Assembly: GCF_006345805.1 (NCBI RefSeq)
Contig: NC_042997.1
Span: forward strand, 31,496,001-31,560,000
Source of the DNA: Octopus sinensis
Taxonomy: Eukaryota
DNA: 64,000 bases
Direction of reading: 5' to 3'
Position numbers and translations under genes: made by a program. The notes below the pieces were generated by a model. That model did no database searches. It was given only the letters and a program-made list of their open reading frames with translations, and was not told where the DNA came from. Positions 14,076 to 26,900 of the stretch are shown piece by piece; position 1 is the first letter of the stretch; each line of letters starts with the position of its first letter.

Positions 14076-16146
14076 TATAGGATTACAAGTTCCTTCTATT
14101 TTTAAGATAATAGGGGTGATTTTTTTTATAACTAATTCGCACCTATTTCTAACTGGTGGACCGACCACATACTGGTTCTTTCCTTGACTTGATGAGATGG
14201 CAATTCCATTATCAAAAAAAAAAAAGAACTGGATTTCTATGGAAAGAAAATGTGTATACAACTCCGTATATACATGATGACATGTCAAAGCAACCACAAC
14301 CGATTACATGCAATCAAACAAACTCTCGTGGTCATCCTACATACTAAAAGTAACAGTTACATTTCCCTCAAACTATGTTCTTTCGTCTTAAAAGCGGACA
14401 CAATAATTATAATCAGCAGTAGGCCATTCCTGTGAATGCAAATGGGATTGCCAATTTATAATGCATCTTATCATAAGTCTACTTGATTAGGGATGACCTT
14501 TAGCTAAGCAGCACAAGTGACGACAGATAACAACAGCAACTGCTACAACGATACCATCAACAAATTGTAGTATAAACGGATATTTTTTTTTTGTTTTTCT
14601 TTTCTGAATGTTTTCAACGTATTAACATCTTGTACTCCACGGATAGCGAATTTATCCAGTATAAAATTTGACTGTTTTCTTAATTTTTTTTAGATCCACA
14701 CCCACATGAAAACTTAAGAGAGAGCGCTACATACATCCAGCCCTTCACTGAAAACAAAAAGCATAATGTTATTATGGAATGTCTCCGAATTATATCAAAA
14801 CAAAATCGAAGAGAAATACATTGGATGTTGTACAAAATAAAAGCCAAAGAAAGATAAGAGTTGTTTTATTAAAGCTACGATGATATCCTCAAGTAAAACA
14901 TTCAATCCTTTTGAAATTGAATATCGCCCATTTACTAGATTGTTAATTTTAAAATTAGACAAATGAGCATAGTTGCGTACTTTATAGAAATAGCAGTCAA
15001 ATTTATCTCAAACTGCCGTATACTGTCTTAAGTAAATGACGTATTGGGTTATAGGATATAAGATATAGTGGGAAAAGGAGTGGCAGTCACGTTTGAAATG
15101 GTTTCTTTATATGTTTGGTCGATTAATGTTGGCATAGGGATAAATAACAATAACAACATGGAATGAGGAATTTTGATATATGAATTGTTCAAAAATATCA
15201 ATCACTTTGGGAAATGGTATTGATAATATACAGGAGAAACGCTTTTCGGCGTCTATTAACACTGGCCATATGCATTGCATTGTTTATATTAAAAAATTAC
15301 TTATCATGTGTATGTGCGTGTGTGTGTCTGTGTGTGTGTGTGTAAATAGACTAGACAGGCGCAGGTGGTGTTCCCTGGGGGTCAGCTACTGGAGTGGAGA
15401 CAATTCCTTCTAGATTGAACTAAGGCGGAATTGAAAATTTTAATTTTAAATCAGAGAGTAAAGGAGTTGTACATAATATACGCACTTAATATTCGTATGT
15501 GGACATTTATGGCACTATTCATCCTTTTTTCAAGATCGTCAGTACAGTACGACGAGAAGCAAATAAGTTAAACTTCATTAAATATCCTTCGAAGGTCGAA
15601 AATATTTTTAGAGAAAAACTACTGTTTAAAAGGCATACATGGAATATTTTCTCTCTCACATAACTGATCGTTAATAGTTCATCATTAAGTGTGTGTGTGT
15701 GTGTGTGTGAGTGTGTGTGTGTGCGTGTGTGTGTGTGCGTGTGTGTGTGAGTGTGTATGTGTGTGTGTGTGTGTGTACAATTTCTGGTAACGAAGATCTC
15801 CTCCCGATATAAGAATAGGTACATAGTTTCATATTCAAAGTTGTAAACGTGAATGTGTTCGATATTTAGTACATACTTTTTAGCGTAGATATATGTATGT
15901 GCATAAACAGCAATTAGAAGCGCAAATCCAAATATTTACTGGTGCATTCATTTATTTCGTAAGTGATTTGGTTCAAATTGATGATACCGATTTAATGTTC
16001 AATATCGTAATCGTTTACCTGTGAGTTTCTAATTGTAATTCTGTTTACCTTGTATTACAAGAAACAGGGTCGCACGGATGTTTATATCAATTCACTCATA
16101 TAAAGGTAATTCATACACAAACTTACATACATGCATACATATATAT

Positions 16147-16216
<70 letters not shown>

Positions 16217-16235
16217 ATATGTATATATATATATA

Positions 16236-16472
16236 TATTTCTTTATTGCCCACAAGGGGCTAAACATAGAGGGGGAAAACAAGAACAGACAAAGGGATTA
16301 AGTAGATTACATCGACCCCCCCCCAGTGCGAAACTGGTACTTTATTTATCGACCCCGAAAGGATGAAAGGTAAAGTCGACCTCGGCGGAATTTGAACTCA
16401 GACCGTAACGACAGACGAAATACCGCTAAGCATTTCGCCCGGCGCACTAACGAGTCTGCCAGCACGCCGCCT
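16236..16472 (-). mobile_element. SINE family A
   Basis: Close reverse-complement match to 6910-7143. Confidence 0.9.
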
Positions 16473-16484
16473 TTTATGTATATA

Positions 16485-16537
<53 letters not shown>

Positions 16538-16541
16538 GTAT

Positions 16542-16575
<34 letters not shown>

Positions 16576-16578
<3 letters not shown>

Positions 16579-16862
16579 GGTTAGAGCAGCGGATTCGCGG
16601 TTGGGAGATCGCGGGTTCGAATCTCAGACCGGGCGGTATGTGTGTGTTTATGAGCGAAACACCTAAGCTCCACGCGGCTCTGGCGGAAGGTAATGGCGAA
16701 CTTCTGCTGACTCTTTCGCCACAACTTTCACTCTTTCCTCCTGTATCTAGCAGCTCACCTGCGACGGACCGGCGTCACGTCCAGGTGGGAAACCTATGCG
16801 CCAAGGAAACCGGGAAACCGGCCCTATGCTTCACAAGGGGCAAAAAGGATTAAGAAGAAGAC
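16576..16862 (+). mobile_element. tRNA-derived SINE family D
   Basis: agtggttagagcagcgga...gggttcgaatc; cctgcgacggaccggcgtcacgtccaggtg resembles the V-SINE domain. Matches 50162-50420. Confidence 0.85.
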
Positions 16863-17130
16863 AAACACACAGACATGCACACACACAACACACACACACA
16901 CACATATTCAAACACACACATACATACATACATGCATGCACACATGCATACATACATTATATATATATATATATATATATATAGATATATTATATATATA
17001 TATATATATACATCCATCCATACAAGCATACATACCTACATATATACACGTATGCTACAAAGAGTAACTAGCCTTGCCGGGTTTATTATTATTTAATAAG
17101 GCGGTGTGCACGCGGAATCGTTAAGCTTGG

Positions 17131-17433
17131 TTTATTGTATCGGGGTCTTTTGCCGAACCGCTCAGTTTAGGGTATGTAAACACACCAATACCAGTTTTAA
17201 GCAGTGGTAGAAGACAAATACAGACACGAAAACGCACAGAGACAGGCAGACAGACACGCACACACAGAGGCAAAAGACCAAACACACACACACACACACG
17301 TGCATGACAGATTTCTTTCGGTTTCCGTCAACAAAATCCATTCAAAAGGCTTTGGTCGGCCCGAGGCTATAGTAAAAGACATTTACCCAAATTGCAGTGA
17401 CTATGTGGTTAGGAAGCAAGCCATTCCTGTGCC
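17131..17433 (-). mobile_element. SINE family B, partly deleted
   Basis: ttttgccgaaccgct...ggctttggtcggcccgaggctatagta. Confidence 0.75.
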
Positions 17434-17627
17434 TATATATATATATATTATATACATGCACTCACACACATTATATAATATAATGTATATTGTTATTAAT
17501 ATACGCATGCATATGTACATACATACATCTACATATTAGATTTGTGTGTTTTGGTATATACATTGCATATGTATGAAATACAAGCACACACAGGCGCACA
17601 CTCACACAGAAAGACATACACTGAAAG

Positions 17628-17671
<44 letters not shown>

Positions 17672-17673
17672 GT

Positions 17674-17706
<33 letters not shown>

Positions 17707-17766
17707 AATTGATAGATAGACAGATAGACAGATAGATAGACAGATAGTTAGATAGATAGACAGATT

Positions 17767-17800
<34 letters not shown>

Positions 17801-17810
17801 CAGACAGATG

Positions 17811-17878
<68 letters not shown>

Positions 17879-19627
17879 AATAGATAGATAGATAGATAGA
17901 TCAAGAAAGAGAGAGGGAGACAGGGAGAGAGAGAGACAATGTTAAATTAATAGATAGGGAGATAGACAGATAGATAGATAGATATATATTCAGGTTTAAA
18001 AACAGCAGAGTCATATATTTCAACACTATACTAATGAAGCGTAAACCAAGAACCAAGTTTTCGGTAACTATTCCTAGCATCGAGCTTCAATTTTATATTG
18101 CGTAGAATTTGTGAATAAAGAAGCGGAAGGTAAAGAAAGAAGTGGAAAGCAAGATGCAAAAGAAGTAAATGTAAATGCCAAAAAGTTAGGATGGACGAGA
18201 ATTGTTTTACATCATTATAATTGGCTATCAGCTGTGTTACGTCTCTATGCAACTTTATGAAAAGTTGCCTCTATGCTTATAAATACATACATCCATATAT
18301 ATATATATATATATATATATGCAAACATATACATACATACGTAAATATGAAAATAGATAAATAAACAGATGCACATGTATGTATGTTGAGTGTGTTCAAA
18401 TATATATATATATATTTATCTCTATATATATATATTTATCTCTCTATGTATATACATATATATATATATATTTGCATATATACATATATATTTTTATATA
18501 CGTAATATATATAACTATATGTATATATATGTATATATACATATATATAAATAAAATATATATATATAATGTACATATATATAATATATATATATACATA
18601 TATATTCATACATACATATATATATATATTTATACACATATATTACACACATACATACACATATACTTGAGAGTATATACTTATACAGGTGAAAACACAC
18701 ACACATACACATACATAAGCATTTATACTTATATATGAATATACATATATATGTCTAGCTATAAATGTATATTTCCATTTGTTTGTATGCGTTTCTAAGT
18801 TCTTCAGTGGGTGGTTCGATATGTAACTAACACCAACACACAGTTAATAATACGAAGTACACAACCACGCGCACGTACACGCATCACACACACGCACACA
18901 CAATCATACCACCACACCAAATCAATAGTTTGTCAACTCCATACCTACCACAGCTTCTGCTACAAAACAAACACATCTATCGAACGGTTTTGGTCGAAAA
19001 AAACGTAAAACAGGGCGAAAAGGTCTTATATGCTTCATATAGCATTGCACTTCACTTGCGTCGTATGAAAGATAAACGATTGATTTTCAAGAAATACGTT
19101 AGCATAAATAGTTATACGTGTAGTTTTGATTTAAAGAAATAATAGTTACGTAAAAAATAACGCGTAATCATCATATCTTCACGTAAGTGTCTGCGTATAT
19201 GCAGGCAATTACCTGTGTGCACATGCATACACGCAGATATACATGTGTATCTACATATCTATATTCTCCTAACATCAGCTTCTAACTAAATATCTACTTA
19301 CTGATATAGATATATTTATTGTACATTACGTATATATTTATATATAGTTTTAATTAAACTAGCTTGCTGTACTTATGATGTACATATATGTATATATATA
19401 TATATATGCATATAGATATATGTATATGTATATGTATAAATGTGTGTGTATATACATATATATGCATATGCTGATATACATCCATCTGTACATATATCTC
19501 AATTGCCCTCTCTCTCTATAAACGTATATATATATATACACATAAATATATATATACATATATTCATTCATATATATATATATACATATATAAATATATA
19601 TACGTATATATGCATATATATACATAA

Positions 19628-19670
<43 letters not shown>

Positions 19671-19824
19671 CATATATACATATATTCGTATCTATACACC
19701 ATGCATGTGTTTATGTATACATTGATATATACATATATATACATAAGTAAAAGGTTGTACGTTTGTGTTCATGTATGCACCATTATCTATATATTTCTAA
19801 ACATTTGCTCATATATATGTATCC

Positions 19825-19868
<44 letters not shown>

Positions 19869-19883
19869 GTGTGTGTATATGTA

Positions 19884-19935
<52 letters not shown>

Positions 19936-20003
19936 CGTGTGTGTATATGTATATATCTATATATATATATATATATAATATATATATATACATATATATA
20001 TAT

Positions 20004-20074
<71 letters not shown>

Positions 20075-20666
20075 GTTATACATACACAAAATATCTTCAC
20101 AGGCTACCAACTAATATAGCCACGCGTATTGATATATCAGTATTTCATTATAAGTAGGAATGAGTGTGCATGTGTATATGATTATGTATGAGCGTACGTA
20201 TGATTTTATTATTTTTTTGTTATTCATAAGAATACATTTCCATTTTTGTGCTTTACGTACACATGATTGAGCGCGTATTTGAGTATAAATAATTCGTATG
20301 CAAAAGTTTTCTATAGATGAATGGTTCGATGAAGTCTTGGCTGTGTAATCGCATACCTTCGTTCGTTTATTCAAAATTATATACGCTTTTGTAAAACGTA
20401 CATAGGTGTACAGAACATTTGAAGACGAAGAAAGATAATGATGGCAAAATATTTTTTAAAATTTCTAAAAAAAACTCAAAGAAACACTACATTCGAAAAA
20501 ATAATCTATATAAAATCTAGAAGAGCAACGCATATATACGTATTTCTATACATATATACATATGTACATATGCTATGTGTATGGGTATACATACATACAT
20601 ATATATATATATATGTATATATATATAGATATGTACATACATAAGTATATATATATATAAATGTAA

Positions 20667-20697
<31 letters not shown>

Positions 20698-21378
20698 GGC
20701 AACACCGTAAGTGAAAAATATAACTTGGCTTCCTTAAATAAATCTGGTTTTATAAGGAATTATTTGAATCATATATAATCTCTAAGATTATAATCCTGTT
20801 CTTTGTTATGGCTTGGGAGTCAAGTTGGAAGAAAAAAAGAACATTATGTACAACAACATTATATATATATATATATACATATAAACTTATATACTTACAT
20901 TTATGTTTTAATAATGATATAAGAAAATGAACCATAAGTATTTTGCAGAAAAAAGTTATTAAATAATAATGATAGCATTATTACTGCTTCAAGAAAATAA
21001 AGAATGATAAAAAATGATCGCATAAGGTGGAGATGGTGAATGAACAGAATTTGCGGAATTTTTTTTATAATTTTTCGCTAAATTCATTTTTTTGTTTCGC
21101 ATGTTTAAATATTTAGAAAGCACACACACAGATACACAAACACACACAGACGAGCATATTTGTACAATCGTAGACAAATATATATATATATATATATTAG
21201 TCTCCTTTAAAACACAATATATAGATATGCATATATTCATAAATACAAACCTACATACATATATACACACACACACACATATATATATATATACATATAT
21301 ACATATAATATATATATACGTACATATATGTAAACACACACACGCCACACACAACCATACATTTATATATATATAATA

Positions 21379-21434
<56 letters not shown>

Positions 21435-21606
21435 ATATGTATATATACGTATGTATATCACTGTCTATACTATACAAGAATAGGTTGTTGAAGAAACTTC
21501 GATGTTTCTTTAAAGAACAGATTAATATACATATATGTGCATTCTAATTTTTCACCTGTCTTTCACTTTCTCCTCCCTCTCTTTCTCTTCCTCTCTAGAA
21601 GTACAT

Positions 21607-21637
<31 letters not shown>

Positions 21638-21713
21638 ATATATACATATATATATATATATATATTATAATATATAAATATTATATAAATATACATATAT
21701 ATGTATGTATGCA

Positions 21714-21747
<34 letters not shown>

Positions 21748-22734
21748 ATATATATACACACATATATATATATGTATATGTTTATATATATATGTGTGTG
21801 TGTTGGGGTACATACGCATATATGTGTGTGCGTGTATATTTATATATCTGTAAGTATCTCTATGTATACGTAAATGTACGTGCACGTGTGCAATTTCTAC
21901 TTCTGGGTATTTGTAAGTTTATTTATATGTGTTTACTTGTGAGAGAGTGGGTTTTTTTTTTTCTTCGGATGTGAAAAGCTTAAGAAAGATTATAATTTTG
22001 GTTAACTTTACGTGATTGCGAAAAGTCCACATACACACTTATTTACACATATAAACATATATAACTGAATGCTTATACACACATACAACTATGATCACAC
22101 TATTTCATTTTCTGTATATATTTATGCGTTAGCGTTATTAAATGTAATGTACTTCTCAAGGGATTTTTTGAAATTGAAGCAACAAAACTACTAATAAGAA
22201 AGGAACGAACCATAAGAAAGGAACGAATGCGAGATGTGGAAAAATACACACATATACGTGTGTGTGTGTATATATACCACTCGCTATTTCCACTTCTCTC
22301 TCCGTATGTGAGTGTGTGTGAGCTTGTGTATGAGTTGTATGTATGTATACAGCAGGTTACACGCATACACAGACACAGACAAACGCACAAACAAACATGT
22401 ATGCATATATATATATATATATATATACTTATATACATATATATGTGTGTATATATACATATATAGATACATACTATATACATATATATTATATAGATAG
22501 ATACATACGTACATACATGCATACACACACACACTCTCACATATATATATGTATATATATATATATATATATGATCATATATATGCGCTATATATATATA
22601 CGTATATACATATATATATATGTATATATATATGTAGATACATAATATAGATAGATACATACATACATACATACACACATGTATATATACATACACACAC
22701 GCATTTATATATATTAATATATATATATATATAT

Positions 22735-23337
22735 ATAGACAGTAACTGCTCCATAACATAAGGGACTAAAGCCATCAATATGGCTAGGGACAGGGCAGGG
22801 GTGGGGGTGTTACTGTTGCATTTAGCCCCAGGCGAACATCGACGTCGCCAGATAGGCTTGACACCATCACGGTGTCCTTTAACCTGCAACAGTAACACCC
22901 CCACCACCCTGCCCTGTCCCTAGCCATATTCAGATGGCTTTAGTCCCTTATGTTATGGAGCAGTTACTGTCTATATCTCATTTAGAGAATTATTATTGCT
23001 GTCGAACAGATTTTCGAAATCAGCAAATGTATTTTGCTTGAAAATCTATATATGAATATCCTGCAGAGTGAGATTTCGTCGAGGAAGCGGGGGCCTACCA
23101 CACGTTGATGATAGGCAATACACCTTGAAACCATGGTCCGTGTGTGGTTCCGCTTCATCGGGGAATTATCTCCCTTTGCAGGTTAAAGGACACCGTGATG
23201 GTGTCAAGCCTATCTGGCGACGTCGATGTTCGCCTGGGGCTAAATGCAACAGTAACACCCCACCCCACCCTGCCCTGTCCCTAGCCATATTCAGATGGCT
23301 TTAGTCCCTTATGTTATGGAGCAGTTACTGTCTATAT
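22735..23337 (+). mobile_element. Hammerhead-bearing non-coding retrozyme / Penelope pseudo-LTR-like element (~360-nt monomer, terminal direct repeat, 5' inverted copy)
   Basis: Direct repeat 22885-22976 = 23245-23337 (period 360). 22735-22888 is the reverse complement of 23177-23335. HHR motif at 23099-23144. (TA)n on both flanks. Confidence 0.8.
23099..23144 (+). ncRNA. Minimal type-I hammerhead ribozyme motif (C3U core variant)
   Basis: cacacg-UUGAUGA-u agg caauaca ccu u-GAAA-ccaugg-UC-cgugug: 6-bp stem I, 3-bp stem II, palindromic stem III ACCAUGGU. Predicted cleavage after 23138. Confidence 0.75.
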
Positions 23338-23427
23338 ATATATATATATTATATATATATATATATATATAATATATATATATTATATATATATGATCAT
23401 ATATATGCAGATATAGATATACATACT

Positions 23428-23723
23428 GTTGAGACCAGTAAGAAGCAATCATAAACTTTTTTATTACACTCACTTTAAACTTAGAGCTATCATGCTTACT
23501 ACCGACAAACACCACCACATGGATCTATTGAGACCAGTAAGAAACAATCAGGAACTTTTTTTATTACACTTAACTTTTAAAATATTGTTGATAAGGATCG
23601 TTTCTTCAAGAAGAACCGAAACATGTAAAAATTCCTAAGAAAATTAAAATTTATCTAATATAGTGGCGTTTTCAAACTTCTTTTTTATAAATATATACCC
23701 ACTCGTATACGATCTACACTTAT

Positions 23724-23730
<7 letters not shown>
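23428..23730 (+). mobile_element. Decayed Penelope-like terminal remnant with partial tandem repeat and degenerate HHR
   Basis: ~50-nt direct repeat (ttgagaccagtaagaa...ttattacact) at ~23429 and ~23529. UUGAUAA-gg...cc-GAAA-caug-UA at 23588-23627. Confidence 0.4.
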
Positions 23731-23761
<31 letters not shown>

Positions 23762-24289
23762 ATGGGGCAACTAGGTGATACAAAAGGGACAGATAGATAC
23801 ATAGATTGTAAAATCCGCGTTGAGTAAATTTTGCCAGACATTTCACTTAACTTGTGATTAATATGCCGTTAGAAGAAAATTAGAATTCTATCCAACATGA
23901 ATTTTTACAATATATTTCAATCTATTCTCAGAAATGATTGCACCTTCTCAGTTAATGGGATTTTCATATTGTTAAAATTGCGTTGAAGTACTAACCTCGA
24001 ATTTGACACTTAAACACACACACACACACATAGGTATGTATGTATATTTTTCTCTTTCTCTTTTTATTTTTTTAATTTACAGTAAATTTTGACCGACGAC
24101 TTCCTTGGTAGCAAAGTTGTGAAAGAAAGCATCGTGTTACAACTGTCATCCCTTAAATCTTATGGTCTTACAGATTTTTAAAGTCCCAGATATCGTGATC
24201 ATTATTTGTAGCTTATGAATTAAGGATTTGCTGTCATACTCGAAGATATCAAGCTCAGTCATACTTTGTTACAGACATGTTGGTATGTA

Positions 24290-24801
24290 CCGTAAATCCT
24301 CGAGTATAATCCGCATTTTTTCCCCAAAATTTAAAGGTCAATGTCCCTTGTGCGTACTATATACGAGGTTAAAAATGAAAATTATTTTCTAAGCAATGTA
24401 CTAGTTTCGATTTGCTGTCAGCCAATGTTTATTCAGACGCATTTTGTGATGTCGGGCGCGAAAATACCATAGGCTAAGCCTGAAAGCAATAAAGTCATAA
24501 AAGAATCATCCATAACTTGAAGTAAGTAACGTTTATTAAACGTTATTACTGTTACTTCTTTATTTTCTGCAAACAAAATGCACAAAAAAGCTACACGTTT
24601 GCATTATGTTAGATATACAATAATAATAAAGGACGTAACCATATACATTTTTACAAACCAAGGACGTTATATAGACCTCCTTGACTCAAGTTAGAGAAGG
24701 GGTGCGTATTATACATAAGATTTAGGTTTTTCAGAGATCCAGCCCCCTAAAAATCCCCTGCGTATTATACTCAAGGGCGGACTATACTGGAGGATTTACG
24801 G
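24290..24801. mobile_element. Tc1/mariner-superfamily (pogo/Tigger-like) MITE
   Basis: TIRs ccgtaaatcctcgagtata / tatactggaggatttacgg, with TA on both sides. Confidence 0.85.
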
Positions 24802-25140
24802 TATCTTTTTGCTCCAATATTAATTGCCATGAAGCTGAAGGTGTATCTTGGGTACTTGATTTGCAAACACTTTATCAATGGTTTATAAATATCATCTTCT
24901 ACTTTTGTTAACCACATTCGTGTCCAGAAGGCAACTTATTTCCATAAAAGGACATATCTTTTCTTCGTAGTCCAACACAACGACATCTTACTGGTTGTGT
25001 TTTAAACTGGTGGTTGCTTTCATTTTTAAATTCAACCAATAGTCTTTTGACCTTTCGATCTCAATATTTATGTATGTATGTATGTATGTATGTATGTATG
25101 TATGTATGTATGTATGTATGTATGTATGTATGTATGTATG

Positions 25141-25186
<46 letters not shown>

Positions 25187-25262
25187 AAGAGAGAGAGAGA
25201 GAGGTTATATATTCAGGGAGAGATTAGAAACAGGTATTCTCTGTACAGAATACATTTCGTGG

Positions 25263-25627
25263 TGCTCAAGAGACTTGAACTTGAGCAGGTAGGGGCGTAA
25301 ATGCAAGGAAAAGCAAGTTAGTTAAGTTGATATACAAAAAATGTTAAATACATTTAATATAAATAATGTACATATAAAAGAAGTCTGACTTACACAGAAT
25401 GGAAACGATATCAGAAATGAACTATTGGACTCGTAAAACTCCTACTCTACTACCTTAATTCATGTTATCATTTCCATTCTGTGTAAGTTGGATTTTTTTT
25501 AATATGTATAAATATGTACATTTTTTTTAATATCAGATGTATTTAAAATTTTTGGGTTATCAATTAGAATAACTTGCTTGTCCTTACATTTACTCCTCTA
25601 CCTGCTCAAGTTCAAATCTCTTGAGCA
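25263..25627. repeat. Imperfect foldback, ~150-bp arms
   Basis: tgctcaagagacttgaacttgagcaggtag / ctacctgctcaagttcaaatctcttgagca, and cttacacagaatggaaa / tttccattctgtgtaag. Confidence 0.8.
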
Positions 25628-26847
25628 GGTGTATGTATGTGTGTATGCGGTGCCCCAGCATGGGCACATCCTTTGGGCTGAAACATATAAAAGAATATAT
25701 ATATATATATATTGTCAATAATGAATCATATATCCGAAAAAGAAGCCCACTCTAAAAGTTAAAACAATAATGTATTACTGTAGGTTAATTATATACTCGT
25801 TCATAGAGTGACCAGTTTGAAGAGAGGTTATAGGTCCGCGGCCATTGGGGTCTGACGAGTCATCTATAAGGCTAAGCGATTTATGAATGCGTAATCATTG
25901 GTCACTCTATGACCCCCTGTAAATATATACAAGTATATATATACATAGAGATGAATAAGAGAAAATTGATCGAACAACATTACATCAAATCACTGCAATT
26001 GTTTCCACACATCGTAACACCCATAGACATTAGTGAAACGATGCAATTAATATATTGTGTAATTCCTATTATCCATCATACTGTCATTTCACGCTGTACA
26101 AGAATGAATACCAAAAGCAATGTGTTATTTTCTGCAATTTGCAGATAAAATTAAATCCATAGATATCGTGACAGACAAAACACAAGTATAATCAAAATTC
26201 AAAATACGGAATCAAAGAAACAAGCATAAAAAAGAAGCTTCCTTGTCAAGTTAACTATAAATTACAACTCTATCTTTATCGTCAGAATATAACGAAAGAA
26301 AAGGAGCAGAATGAAGAATAAAATTAAGCGTTTAATTGTACAATTGTAGAAATTTGAAATACGGAATGTCATTTAATCCATCTTCTCTTATTTATCTATT
26401 TAGGTAATCATATGGAATTCATGCTGTATATTCAGTAACAAGAGTATTCCCACTGTATGATAACATCAGGTGGCCAATAACAGGGGACGAGCTTTGAATA
26501 CTATACTACAAGGATTTTATGCACGTTTTATTCAGCTATAAATGTACATGCACACATACATACATATATACATACATACGTACGTACGTACGTACGTACA
26601 TACATACATACATACATACATACATACATACATACATACATACATACATACATACATACTTTAGAGTTACTTAATGATAACCGATTTTAAGTGAGAAACT
26701 ATTAGAGTAACCTTTTGTAAACTTACGAACATTTAATTACTAAAATGGAAAACATTATCAGGAAAGCCAGTTCAATTCATTCTTTTCAAATATATAATAT
26801 TGTACCAGGGACTTCCTATTTCATATTCTAATATATAAATAATATAT

Positions 26848-26900
<53 letters not shown>

